DNA from: a virus
Taxonomy: Duplodnaviria; Caudoviricetes
IMG/VR virus record: IMGVR_UViG_3300038335_000014
Coordinates: 32,001-96,000 of that record
Strand: one strand, 5' to 3'
DNA: 64,000 nt
The notes under the pieces were generated by a model. It had not been told where the DNA came from and did not search any database. It was given only the letters and a program-made list of their open reading frames with translations. The first letter of the stretch is position 1, and every line of letters starts with the position of its first letter. Shown here piece after piece: positions 54,248 through 63,669 of the stretch. The translations under genes and the position numbers were made by a program.

Positions 54248-54907
54248 ATGAGAAAAATAATAGTTGATCTTTTACATTATACACCAGAGTTTGTTGGTGT
54301 AAATGCGGTAAAAAAACCATACAAGAATGAAATAGCAACTGTTGAGACAGAGGTTAAAGTTGTATTACCACCACATAATCACAGTAGCGTTGCTGAACAT
54401 ACTGTTCTTAACTTCAATATCTGTGGTGCGAGCCGTCTTTGCATCCAAGAACTTTTGCGTCATAGAATGTCTGAATTAGACGTTGCGGATATGTTTTCAT
54501 CTGCAACCGTTGAGAGTACAAGGTACACCCTAAACAAAGTTCTAAAGATGGATTTAGACACGATTGATATATGGGATTACTTTGTTGAACCACTTTATGA
54601 TCCCAAGCGATTTTCTAGCCTCAAAGAATATGAGTTGTTTATCATGGAGCTTGCATCGTTCAATTATTGTGCTCTTGAGAACATGATTGGTCAGATGAAA
54701 TGCAATACCCCAAACGACTTCATTAAGTATTTCCTTCCTGAAGGATGGCGGGTTGATTTGGCCTTTTCTATCAACCTTCGCTCGTTCATAAACTTTGTTT
54801 CGTTGCGGTATAATCCAAAGGCTCACTTCGAAATAAGACACTTGGCAAAATTGATGCTCGATAGCATCAGAAATACATATTTGATTAAATTTTTCCCAAA
54901 TATTTGA
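54248..54907 (+). CDS. thyX: flavin-dependent thymidylate synthase
   Basis: H.SVAEH, SRL..QELLRHR, VESTRY, NLRS..NF..LR....AH.EIR. Confidence 0.88.
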   Translation: MRKIIVDLLHYTPEFVGVNAVKKPYKNEIATVETEVKVVLPPHNHSSVAEHTVLNFNICGASRLCIQELLRHRMSELDVADMFSSATVESTRYTLNKVLKMDLDTIDIWDYFVEPLYDPKRFSSLKEYELFIMELASFNYCALENMIGQMKCNTPNDFIKYFLPEGWRVDLAFSINLRSFINFVSLRYNPKAHFEIRHLAKLMLDSIRNTYLIKFFPNI

Positions 54908-54930
54908 ACTTTTGACACGAAAGGTATATC

Positions 54931-55470
54931 ATGAATTACAAGTTATTTGAGAACACACTGTCACAAATTGAACGGAAAGACATTAGAGATTTCACCATCG
55001 CCTGTTTAAAGGATGCCCCCGATTTTCTCGACACTGTACCCGCTTCTGTATCTGGTAAATATCATCCACCGGAAGCTACAGAAAAGGGTGGTCTTGTCTG
55101 GCATGTTAAACGAGCATGTTGGTTCGCTAATATGTTTTTTGGAGCGTTTAAATGGGGGGTCGATAACATAAGAACAGACATCATTCTTTCTGCACTGCTT
55201 TTACACGACATTGGTAAGCAGGAAAGTTATGGAAAAGATTACTGGAAATATGTAAATCACCCACTAACCGCAGGTAAAATGATTGCCAAAAACAAACACA
55301 TGATCCCTGAGAAGGTATTCAACATCATTCAAAATTGTGTTCACCAACACATGCATGTATTCGGCCCTAAAGACATCATTAAACCAACAGAAGATTTAAA
55401 CATCTGTGAATTGATTGTATATCAATGTGATTACTTGTCTGCGAAGAAGGATTTAAAAATCATTATCTAA
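54931..55470 (+). CDS. HD-domain phosphohydrolase
   Basis: PAS..GKYHP, GGL.WH, LLHDIGK, H, DYL. Confidence 0.8.
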   Translation: MNYKLFENTLSQIERKDIRDFTIACLKDAPDFLDTVPASVSGKYHPPEATEKGGLVWHVKRACWFANMFFGAFKWGVDNIRTDIILSALLLHDIGKQESYGKDYWKYVNHPLTAGKMIAKNKHMIPEKVFNIIQNCVHQHMHVFGPKDIIKPTEDLNICELIVYQCDYLSAKKDLKIII

Positions 55471-55485
55471 TGGGAGTCTCCTATC

Positions 55486-57327
55486 GTGTTTAGCCTGACC
55501 AATGAGCAGTTAAGAGCAATGGATGAATTTGTTCATGATTACATAAAAGCAGAAAATGCAGCCACCGGTTCTCGTTATGATGCAAATGCGAACGTAACTA
55601 ACAAAAATGTAATTACGTTGTTAGGTGAAATGGTAAAACCTATATTTTTGCAATATAATCGTTACTCTCGTTTTAATCAAATTGAAAAAGATTTTGGTAA
55701 GGACATTGCAGCGAATTATATTGATGATATAAAGAATTGTCGCATTTATCAACATGATGAAACACATACACTGATTCCATATTGTTTAAGTATTTCTCTA
55801 TTTCCGTTTTTACAAAACGGTTCTAAATCCATTGGTGGTATTACCGAGAAGCCAAAACATTTATCATCTTTTGCTGGTGGGTTAATCAACCTTCTTAACC
55901 AGATTGCGGCAACCGTTGCTGGTGCTGTGGCGGTTCCTTCACTTTTGATATGCTTTGATCATTTTGCCAGAAATGAATATGGTGATGATTACTTGAATAC
56001 AAATACATATGAAGTAATCCAAGAACTTAAACATATTGTATTTTACTTAAATGAACCGTGTAGTGGAAGAAATGGTCAAAGTATTTTCTGGAATGTTAGC
56101 ATATTTGACTCGAATTACCTTGAGGGATTATATGGGGATTTTGTATTTCCAGATGATTTTTCTAAAGTAGATACAAAATCTGTCATGAAACTTCAAAAAT
56201 TTTTCTTGTCATGGTTTAATAAACGCCGAGAAAAGACTCTACTAACGTTTCCGGTCGTTACTTGTGCGATGGTCTATGATAAAAACAAGCAGGTTATTGA
56301 TACAGAGTTTAAGAAAACCGTTTGTGATGAGCTTGCGAATGGTAATGGATTCTTCGTTTATCTATCAGACAGTGTTGATTCATTGAGTTCTTGTTGTAGA
56401 CTTCGAAATGAAGTTAAGAACACATTTTCATTCACGTTGGGTAATGTTGGAGAAATGACTGGTTCTGTCAATGTCATCACATTGAACATGAATCGCTTTA
56501 TTCAAGATACTTATAAACTGGCACAGGCGACTAAGTTCGATTTCTCTGATGTGCTCATTTCAGAATTGAGGAAAATGGTTCAGCGAGTGCATAAATATCA
56601 CGTTTCAATTCGTAAAATATACGAATTTATGCGGGACAATCAAATGTATCCAGCACATGATGCAAACTTCATATCTCTGGAAAAACAATTCTCCACAATG
56701 GGGATCAATGGTCTTGTTGAAGGTGCTGAATTCCTTGGTTATGATATTTCGCCAAATGAAAACTACATGAATTTCTGTGCCGAAATTCTAAAAACTATTT
56801 CTGAAGAAAACAAAAAAGCCAAAGAACTTTACGGCATAATGTTTAACACAGAGTTTGTTCCCGGCGAAAACGCTGGTCATAAGCTGGCTCAGTGGGATAA
56901 ACGCGATGGTTACGTTGTTCCAAGAGAGTGTTACAACTCATATTTCTATCGTGTTGAAGATGATGGGTTGAGTGTAATTGAGAAGGCTAAGATGCATGGT
57001 AAGCTTGTTACTCAGCATCTTGATGGTGGTAGTGCTGTTCATTACAACATGGATAGTTACATGACACCAGAACAATACTCAAAGTGGATTGATGTAAATG
57101 CTTATGTTGGCGTCAATTACTTTTGCACAAACATCTTGATTACATGTTGTGAAGAAGAAACTTGTGGATTCATCAACAAAAACACGGAACAACATTGTAT
57201 CAAGTGTGGTAGCAAGAATATATCTCATGCCACAAGGATTATAGGGTTCTTGAAAAAGATTAAGAACTTTTCAAAGGCCAGACAAGAAGAAGCGGCGTTG
57301 AGATTCTATCACAAGGATATTCCATGA
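55486..57327 (+). CDS. nrdD: anaerobic (class III) ribonucleotide reductase
   Basis: IYQHD, PYC, TFPV, SSCCRL, PGEN, C-terminal Zn ribbon, glycyl-radical loop RIIGF. Confidence 0.93.
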   Translation: MFSLTNEQLRAMDEFVHDYIKAENAATGSRYDANANVTNKNVITLLGEMVKPIFLQYNRYSRFNQIEKDFGKDIAANYIDDIKNCRIYQHDETHTLIPYCLSISLFPFLQNGSKSIGGITEKPKHLSSFAGGLINLLNQIAATVAGAVAVPSLLICFDHFARNEYGDDYLNTNTYEVIQELKHIVFYLNEPCSGRNGQSIFWNVSIFDSNYLEGLYGDFVFPDDFSKVDTKSVMKLQKFFLSWFNKRREKTLLTFPVVTCAMVYDKNKQVIDTEFKKTVCDELANGNGFFVYLSDSVDSLSSCCRLRNEVKNTFSFTLGNVGEMTGSVNVITLNMNRFIQDTYKLAQATKFDFSDVLISELRKMVQRVHKYHVSIRKIYEFMRDNQMYPAHDANFISLEKQFSTMGINGLVEGAEFLGYDISPNENYMNFCAEILKTISEENKKAKELYGIMFNTEFVPGENAGHKLAQWDKRDGYVVPRECYNSYFYRVEDDGLSVIEKAKMHGKLVTQHLDGGSAVHYNMDSYMTPEQYSKWIDVNAYVGVNYFCTNILITCCEEETCGFINKNTEQHCIKCGSKNISHATRIIGFLKKIKNFSKARQEEAALRFYHKDIP

Positions 57328-57746
57328 GGTTCTTATCAGAACAAATCGTTTTCCAAGAAATACCAAAAGAAATCAGTTTGGCATTTGAGATAACCAACTG
57401 TCCGAGGCGATGTAAAGGATGTCATACACCAGAGTTACAGCAGGATATTGGTCGTCTATTAACACAATATCGGTTCGATATTGTCTGTGAGAAATATGCA
57501 TCTGCTGATGGTAAGTTCTTGTTTAGCTGTGTCTTGTTCTTGGGCGGCGAACAGCATCCAGAATTTATAAGCTTTTTAAAGCTGTGTAAAACATACAGAC
57601 TAAAAACAGCTTTATATACTGGTGCATCCGAAATAAGTGTTGATGTTCTTAATCTATTGGATTATGTTAAACTTGGTGAATATGTTCATGAACTTGGTGG
57701 ATTGAATTCGCCAACAACAAATCAACTATTCTTAGAATTAATTTAA
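57324..57746 (+). CDS. nrdG: class III RNR activase (radical SAM)
   Basis: FQEIP.E, CPRRCKGCH, GGE; coupled to nrdD. Confidence 0.9.
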   Translation: MRFLSEQIVFQEIPKEISLAFEITNCPRRCKGCHTPELQQDIGRLLTQYRFDIVCEKYASADGKFLFSCVLFLGGEQHPEFISFLKLCKTYRLKTALYTGASEISVDVLNLLDYVKLGEYVHELGGLNSPTTNQLFLELI

Positions 57747-57757
57747 GGAGTAAAACG

Positions 57758-58282
57758 ATGGAAGTTCAGAAGTTTAAAAGCATGGAAGAAATGATTTATC
57801 GGGTAATGTTACAAGGTACCCATGTTGGTGATAGTTTTAAATTAAGGCCGAAAAACCTGATTGGTTTTAAAAAGATTCACCCAGATGCAGTTATCCCACA
57901 ACGAGCAGATACAGGATGTGCTGGTTATGATCTGACATCCATTATGGATATCGTTATTCCAGCTCACAAATCAGCTCTTGTAAAGACAGGTCTTATCTGG
58001 CAACCATCAGATTTGATAGAATTGCAGATAAGACCAAGAAGCGGCCTTGCTGCTAAACACATGATTACAGTTCTAAATACACCCGGAACGGTGGATGAAA
58101 GCTATCGCGGGGAAATTTGTGTAATCCTTATGAATCATTCTGATATTGATTACACGGTTAACAAAGGCGATCGTATAGCACAGGCAGTATTTGCCCCTAT
58201 TCTTAATGTAGTTGTTGCTGAAATTGAAGAAGTTAATGCAACCATTCGTGGTGATGGCGCAATGGGGAGTACTGGTAAATGA
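57758..58282 (+). CDS. dut: dUTPase (trimeric)
   Basis: AGYDL, RSGLA, GTVDESYRGE, RIAQ, RG.GAMGSTG. Confidence 0.93.
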   Translation: MEVQKFKSMEEMIYRVMLQGTHVGDSFKLRPKNLIGFKKIHPDAVIPQRADTGCAGYDLTSIMDIVIPAHKSALVKTGLIWQPSDLIELQIRPRSGLAAKHMITVLNTPGTVDESYRGEICVILMNHSDIDYTVNKGDRIAQAVFAPILNVVVAEIEEVNATIRGDGAMGSTGK

Positions 58283-58485
58283 AAAGAGCAAAACTAACTT
58301 ATTACTGTCCTGAGTGTGATACAACTGTTGAGAAATTTGTTGAATTTGAAGGTTCTCAATTGTCTATGTCATCGGTTGAACTGTCTATCCCCTGTGACAA
58401 AACAAAGAACTGTCGGAAGATGAAGTTGACAAAACTTGGCCTGCCTGATAATATGAAGGATAGTCGCCAAAAACTTTTAGGTTAG
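58279..58485 (+). CDS. small Zn-ribbon protein (FmdB-like)
   Basis: YYCPEC...PC....C. Confidence 0.5.
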   Translation: MKRAKLTYYCPECDTTVEKFVEFEGSQLSMSSVELSIPCDKTKNCRKMKLTKLGLPDNMKDSRQKLLG

Positions 58486-58515
58486 TCTGGAATGGTGTGT
58501 TTTGATGGGATTTTT

Positions 58516-58545
58516 AAACCGGCCTTAATTGCCGGTTTCTTTTTT
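58516..58545 (+). terminator. intrinsic terminator
   Basis: AAACCGGC/GCCGGTTT plus T-tract. Confidence 0.75.
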
Positions 58546-58555
58546 CTAAAACTTG

Positions 58556-58585
58556 TTGACAACTAAGATGATTCTGTGCTATATT
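58556..58585 (+). promoter_or_regulatory. sigma70-type promoter
   Basis: TTGACA-18 nt-TATATT with TG; shares TGTGCTAT with the promoter at 197. Confidence 0.65.
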
Positions 58586-58591
58586 CTTTAT

Positions 58592-58795
58592 ATGATAAAG
58601 AAATTCAAATATTCCGCTATTGATCCTATAAACAAGTTCCGATTTGTTGGGAAAGGTTCATGGAAAGAGTGTTTGGAATTCATTGTTAGTGAATTTAAGG
58701 TTTATCGACAATGGGTGTTGAAAATCAAAGAACATATTGGTAAGAAAATGAACCACTTCGATGTAAAAATTCTATTTTTAGGAACAAACAAATGA
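58592..58795 (+). CDS. hypothetical protein (possibly leaderless start at 58592)
   Basis: ATG 7 nt after the -10; ATGA-coupled to the next gene. Confidence 0.45.
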   Translation: MIKKFKYSAIDPINKFRFVGKGSWKECLEFIVSEFKVYRQWVLKIKEHIGKKMNHFDVKILFLGTNK

Positions 58796-59163
58796 GTGAA
58801 AGTGCTCTGATCTTTACGAACGTTACAAACATAGTTCTTATCGTCCTATTTGCTTATTACAGATATCGTGTAAAACGATTAGAGATGATTTCAAGAGGTA
58901 TGGAAGAAACCATCCCGGAACTTTGTAGAGCGACAATAAATCATATATGTGGGATGGCGAGAAGTGACTATCTACACAATCTGATACCTAAAGAAGTATT
59001 TATTGGGGTTATTTTGAAAAACATTCCAATGAATGAAATGCGGTATCACCATCTTGCAATTGCCGGTATTAAATACATTGATATAAAGGACATTGACAAT
59101 GAAGAGCTTAAAAACTACTTCCGAATGGGCGAAGAAAAAGAGCAGCAAACCAAAAACGGTTAA
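58792..59163 (+). CDS. membrane-anchored hypothetical protein
   Basis: N-terminal TM helix. Confidence 0.55.
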   Translation: MSESALIFTNVTNIVLIVLFAYYRYRVKRLEMISRGMEETIPELCRATINHICGMARSDYLHNLIPKEVFIGVILKNIPMNEMRYHHLAIAGIKYIDIKDIDNEELKNYFRMGEEKEQQTKNG

Positions 59164-59722
59164 TCGTCTGTTGTTAAAAGCACCTACAAGATTTTGTAAA
59201 TACTGTAACAAACCAATCCCAAAAAAACAAGGATTGAGTGTTAAAACATATTCAATCAAGGATTTTTGCTGCCGCGAACACTTTATGTTGGCGCATCGTG
59301 TAACAAAGACATGTCCGGAATGTGGTAAAGAATTTCTGAATTACAAGTCATCAAATGATACTCATTGTGAAATATGCGCTGCTAAGAAAGCAGAAGACCT
59401 GAAATACAAAAAGAAATGTTCCAATCCAACATGCACAAATCTTATACACTTCCAAACCATTATCCGGTTGGGTAAGAAGCGGTTTTGTTCATTGAATTGC
59501 TTTGTAGAATTTATGGGTGATAATTTGAGAAGATGTGAGAAATGTAATAACCCGATTGTAAGTTTGAATAGTGATTTACAGGTTTATCTTAAACATAAAA
59601 ACCACATGAGCTGCCATAGAACCACATATTTCTTCAAGAAAATGGAAGAAAAATCTAAACAAATATATACAAACTATAAGGAGTTCCCTCTCAATGATCC
59701 CGGAAACACAGACTCAGACTAG
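59093..59722 (+). CDS. multi-Zn-finger protein (repeated CxxC...FCS/FCC units)
   Basis: CKYC...FCCREH, CPEC...CEIC, CSNPTC...FCSLNC, CEKC. Confidence 0.6.
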   Translation: MTMKSLKTTSEWAKKKSSKPKTVNRLLLKAPTRFCKYCNKPIPKKQGLSVKTYSIKDFCCREHFMLAHRVTKTCPECGKEFLNYKSSNDTHCEICAAKKAEDLKYKKKCSNPTCTNLIHFQTIIRLGKKRFCSLNCFVEFMGDNLRRCEKCNNPIVSLNSDLQVYLKHKNHMSCHRTTYFFKKMEEKSKQIYTNYKEFPLNDPGNTDSD

Positions 59723-61760
59723 AGAAGTTATCAGTACCCTTGATGCATCGGAAGAGCTTTCCTTTTCGGTTAAAAGTTTGGCAAATATCTTTGACCTGCT
59801 TCATAAGAGCATGTACAACGATAAGCCAACTGCTGTAGCCAGAGAAATCATCAGCAACGCTATTGATGCAAACATTGAATCAAAAACGAAGAACAAGGTA
59901 ATCATCAAGTTACCTTCCAAACTTGATCCTGTATTCAGGGTTCAAGATTTTGGTATAGGCATCAATAAAGAGCGTTTGAAGTGCTTTTCAGAGTATGGAA
60001 ATTCCACAAAAGTCCATACCAACAAAGAGATTGGTGGGTTTGGCTTGGGCGCGAAGTCGCCTTGGTCTATTACAGATCAATTTACAATAACGACAATAAC
60101 AGATGGGTTAAAATATAAATACCTTTGTTACATGGATGAAAAAGGTATTGGTAAAGTTAAAGAACTGTTTGCTATACCAACAGATGAAGCAAGCGGCACT
60201 ACGATGGAAATCCCCATCAATAAAAGTGATTACACGGAGAAGATCAGAGAACAAGCTGTTTTGTTTATGCTTTGTAATCCAGACAAAATCAAAATAGTTG
60301 ATTCTGGATTGAGTTTTAAAAGCATATATGATACCAAACAACATACGGTTCCTTTAAAGTCATTTCTGCCATCAAATATCCATGTCTATAATTGGCATGA
60401 ATATGGGTTCAATGATTGTATAATTGTTCTAAATGGTTATGTTCCTTATATATTAGATACAAAGGATTCCACAGATAATCTAATATCGTCTGCTTACACA
60501 TTTGTTGCGAAAATAGATATTGGTGTTCTTGATTTACCAGCAACAAGGGAAGTTCTTTCCAACACCCCAAAGAATAATAGAATCTTTAATAAAATTCGTG
60601 AGAAGATCGCCAGTGGTATTATGAAGCTGGAAGAGTTCTTAAATGAGCGTAAAAAGGATAACGAACAAATTGGGGCTATTACATTAAAATATAGTCCTGT
60701 CAGACTTGAAATTTGTCAATTTAATACTGAATATATTCATTCCAGTTATTCAAAACCACAAATAGGCGATACATTTAAACAACGCCACGTATACAATGTT
60801 CATTCACCATCCAATAAAATCCCAAGATTTATTATGGTAAAGATTACAGAACTAAAAAATCCAAAAATAACATATTTGGAATATGCTGACCATATACTAA
60901 AAAAGTTTCCTCATTACAAATCTGTTCATTTCATAAAACCATACCACGATGATGCCGACGATACAAAGAATTTTCAAATAGTTCCTATTCATTGCTTTGC
61001 ACCACCACTAAAGCAGAAACAGAAAGTTATCAAAACCCCTGTAGACAAAGAGGAAATAAACAAAGACAAAGAAACCCGCCGCTTCTGTGGGTATGATAAG
61101 GATGGTGTTTATGAAAAAGCATTTATTTACAAGGATATAAAAGAACATCCAGAAGATTACAGAAAAGTCGAAACAATGTATTCAAACATTGAAGACAGCA
61201 CAATTAAGCAACACATATTTTATTTAAAGAAAAAAGAATGTCAGTGTAATTACAAAATAGTTCTTGTGAATAAGACGGATGCAAGAATGTTCAAAAAGGT
61301 TGAACTTCTGAAACCAGAAGATTTTGTAATTTGCAAACATCTTTATAAAGATTTGACTCTTGTTCATATGTTGAGATATGGTGCAAATAAGATTCTCAAA
61401 AACAAGCAATACACTGGAAGACTAATTCCAGACCTTTGTGAATTTTTAAACAGTAAACTGGAGATAACTTTTGATCCATATCTTTACGGAGTTAACTATC
61501 ACAAGGACATTCATGTTGTTAAAATCAATAAATTTAGAATGGCCGAACGGATATCAAGATACAAAATGGATGACCAGTTATTCAAGTCTTACAAAACAGA
61601 AGCTTATAAAAGGATGGATGATTTTGTAAGAGTTGTTAATAATGATCCAATGATGGCTATGGTTATAAACAACAATCACCGGGTAAATTCTGACATCTAC
61701 GAAGATTATGTCAGCAGAACTAAGTTAATTTTTGGCGATATAAAGGAGCTTTTCAAATGA
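59694..61760 (+). CDS. rIIA-like protein (N-terminal GHKL ATPase)
   Basis: MY.DK..AVAREIISNAIDA, V.DFG.G, YG.STK...IGGFGLGAKSP, ATRE.L. Confidence 0.85.
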   Translation: MIPETQTQTREVISTLDASEELSFSVKSLANIFDLLHKSMYNDKPTAVAREIISNAIDANIESKTKNKVIIKLPSKLDPVFRVQDFGIGINKERLKCFSEYGNSTKVHTNKEIGGFGLGAKSPWSITDQFTITTITDGLKYKYLCYMDEKGIGKVKELFAIPTDEASGTTMEIPINKSDYTEKIREQAVLFMLCNPDKIKIVDSGLSFKSIYDTKQHTVPLKSFLPSNIHVYNWHEYGFNDCIIVLNGYVPYILDTKDSTDNLISSAYTFVAKIDIGVLDLPATREVLSNTPKNNRIFNKIREKIASGIMKLEEFLNERKKDNEQIGAITLKYSPVRLEICQFNTEYIHSSYSKPQIGDTFKQRHVYNVHSPSNKIPRFIMVKITELKNPKITYLEYADHILKKFPHYKSVHFIKPYHDDADDTKNFQIVPIHCFAPPLKQKQKVIKTPVDKEEINKDKETRRFCGYDKDGVYEKAFIYKDIKEHPEDYRKVETMYSNIEDSTIKQHIFYLKKKECQCNYKIVLVNKTDARMFKKVELLKPEDFVICKHLYKDLTLVHMLRYGANKILKNKQYTGRLIPDLCEFLNSKLEITFDPYLYGVNYHKDIHVVKINKFRMAERISRYKMDDQLFKSYKTEAYKRMDDFVRVVNNDPMMAMVINNNHRVNSDIYEDYVSRTKLIFGDIKELFK

Positions 61761-62944
61761 CGATGCAATACACTTTAACGGCACAGACAATTACAATTGT
61801 TGATGAACAGAAGAATGTTCATACCTTATCAATCGGTGATAAGTTTAAGCAGGTTTTGGATTACCTTAAAGCTGGTAAAATCCAGAAAGTTTTAACGCTG
61901 CTTTCACCGAAAGCTTGTGTTGAGCGGGTTATCAAGGGCATCAAGATTCTGGCCGATGATGCAATTGAATACAATGGAAAGAAATATACAGAACGAGAAT
62001 ATTGTGGTCTTATCGACTACATTATTCAATGTGCTGACCGGAAAACGCCGTATGATTACCTGTTGAAGTTCTTGGATAATCTTTCACTTAACCCAGACAC
62101 AAACTCACGTATAAACCTGTTTATGTTCATGCAACAGGCTGGTATCAAGATTACAGAGAATGGTTATATCGCAAGTAAGAAAGCTGTTAATCAGGATTAC
62201 ATGAGTCATCATGATCGTAGAACTCTTCACAAAGTCGGGACATTTGTATCATTCCCAAGAGAGAAATGTGATTCAAACCCAAACTCTGCATGTTCTACGG
62301 GTTTGCATAGCGGCGGTTCTGCATATGTCAACAGTTTTAATTCAAACTCTCGATATCTTGTAACAATCATCCACCCAAAAGATGTTGTTTGTGTTCCCAA
62401 AGATTGCACCTACCAGAAAATGAGAGCTTGTCTGTATTACATCGCTGGCGAACTTGACAGCAATGATAGCAAAGTCTGGGATGTTGCTTTCATGAGCGAT
62501 AAATACAACAAAATTCTCATCGACTTTGATAAAATGAAAGTTATCAACGAAAAAGCTGAATATAAAGCGGTTGAAAAGTCGATTGACAAACAGAACAAAA
62601 AGGCTGTTAAACGTCAGATCAAGGCAAAAACGCCGGTTAAGCAGAATAAGAGCTGGTCTATCAAGACCATTTCCAGAAACAGACTATCGCTGCCCTCAAC
62701 CATCGTTAAGATGATCAATGCTGAACCGGGGGATGATATTTCGCTGGTTCTTGAAAAGAACACGTTCTACCTTTACAAGAAGCTTCCTAAAGGCATGGAA
62801 GAAGAATGTGTATATAAGGTTGATCGTGACAACCAACTGTGTTTGTCGGAAATGAGACTTAAAGAAATTGGTGGTGGTTTGTTCTTTAAAGTCTCTGTTG
62901 ATAAGAACGCAATCATTATCCAAAAGTCAAACGGAGGTAAATAG
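61757..62944 (+). CDS. rIIB-like protein with C-terminal AbrB-like repeats
   Basis: KFLDNL..NP, IT..G....K.V, R..CD.NP..ACSTGLH, I.PKDVVCVP.D...KMR.C.Y. Confidence 0.85.
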   Translation: MTMQYTLTAQTITIVDEQKNVHTLSIGDKFKQVLDYLKAGKIQKVLTLLSPKACVERVIKGIKILADDAIEYNGKKYTEREYCGLIDYIIQCADRKTPYDYLLKFLDNLSLNPDTNSRINLFMFMQQAGIKITENGYIASKKAVNQDYMSHHDRRTLHKVGTFVSFPREKCDSNPNSACSTGLHSGGSAYVNSFNSNSRYLVTIIHPKDVVCVPKDCTYQKMRACLYYIAGELDSNDSKVWDVAFMSDKYNKILIDFDKMKVINEKAEYKAVEKSIDKQNKKAVKRQIKAKTPVKQNKSWSIKTISRNRLSLPSTIVKMINAEPGDDISLVLEKNTFYLYKKLPKGMEEECVYKVDRDNQLCLSEMRLKEIGGGLFFKVSVDKNAIIIQKSNGGK

Positions 62945-62946
62945 TT

Positions 62947-63147
62947 TTGGAAGACCTGAATACAACAACTGATAAACTTCAGAGTATTACGAGTGTCATT
63001 GAGAAGGTTAAGCGCAAAAGAAACCCAACGCTTAATAAAAAGTTTTTCTGTGGAAAATGCAACAGGACAGTGCTTAAAACACTACCAAAGTTGTATAACC
63101 CAGATATCATCAAGTGTTCCTGTGGTTGTGAATTGATACCTAATTAA
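62947..63147 (+). CDS. small Zn-ribbon protein
   Basis: GGAGG RBS, TTG start, CGKC...CSCG. Confidence 0.55.
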   Translation: MEDLNTTTDKLQSITSVIEKVKRKRNPTLNKKFFCGKCNRTVLKTLPKLYNPDIIKCSCGCELIPN

Positions 63148-63159
63148 AGAAAGGATTTC

Positions 63160-63188
63160 GAGGGTGTGGTATTTTTGCCACACCCTCT
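63160..63188 (+). terminator. hairpin nearly identical to 41571-41600
   Basis: GAGGGTGTGGTA/TGCCACACCCTC then TTTC. Confidence 0.6.
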
Positions 63189-63195
63189 TTCAATT

Positions 63196-63669
63196 ATGAT
63201 TAAAACGATTAAAGGCGATCTTGTAAAAATATCAGATGAAACATCTCTGTTTGATGTTTACATCCACGGCGCGAATTGTCAAAGTGTGATGGGTGCTGGC
63301 GTTGCTGCTCAAATAGCCAGAAGGTTTCCAATGGTTTACAAAGTTGATAAAGAAAGTAAATTAACACCAAGACAGAAGCTTGGTAAATATACATCTTGTA
63401 ACTTTAAGAACTCTGTTAAGCACAGAATCCATTTTGTTAATGCTTACACACAGTTCACAGTTGGAATGGGTGTTCAGGTTGATTATATGGCTATTAAGGA
63501 TTCATTTGAAGCCATAAGGACAACGTTTGGAGGGTGCAAGCTGCGCTTCGCTATGCCGATGATAGGTGCTGGCTTGGGTGGTGGTGATTGGACGAAGATT
63601 AAGGGCATTGCTGAAGAAGTGTTCAAACATGAAGATATGACGGTGATCGAATATGACCAAAAACTTTAA
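63196..63669 (+). CDS. macrodomain (Appr-1-p processing/ADP-ribose hydrolase) protein
   Basis: IKGDL, HGANC..VMGAGVA.QI, NAYTQ, P.IGAGLGGGDW. Confidence 0.88.
   Translation: MIKTIKGDLVKISDETSLFDVYIHGANCQSVMGAGVAAQIARRFPMVYKVDKESKLTPRQKLGKYTSCNFKNSVKHRIHFVNAYTQFTVGMGVQVDYMAIKDSFEAIRTTFGGCKLRFAMPMIGAGLGGGDWTKIKGIAEEVFKHEDMTVIEYDQKL

Noticed and set aside
53809-55470. Z-genome (2-aminoadenine) pathway
   Set aside because: No PurZ in the window, the HD protein was not recognisable as DatZ, and adenine MTases are present.
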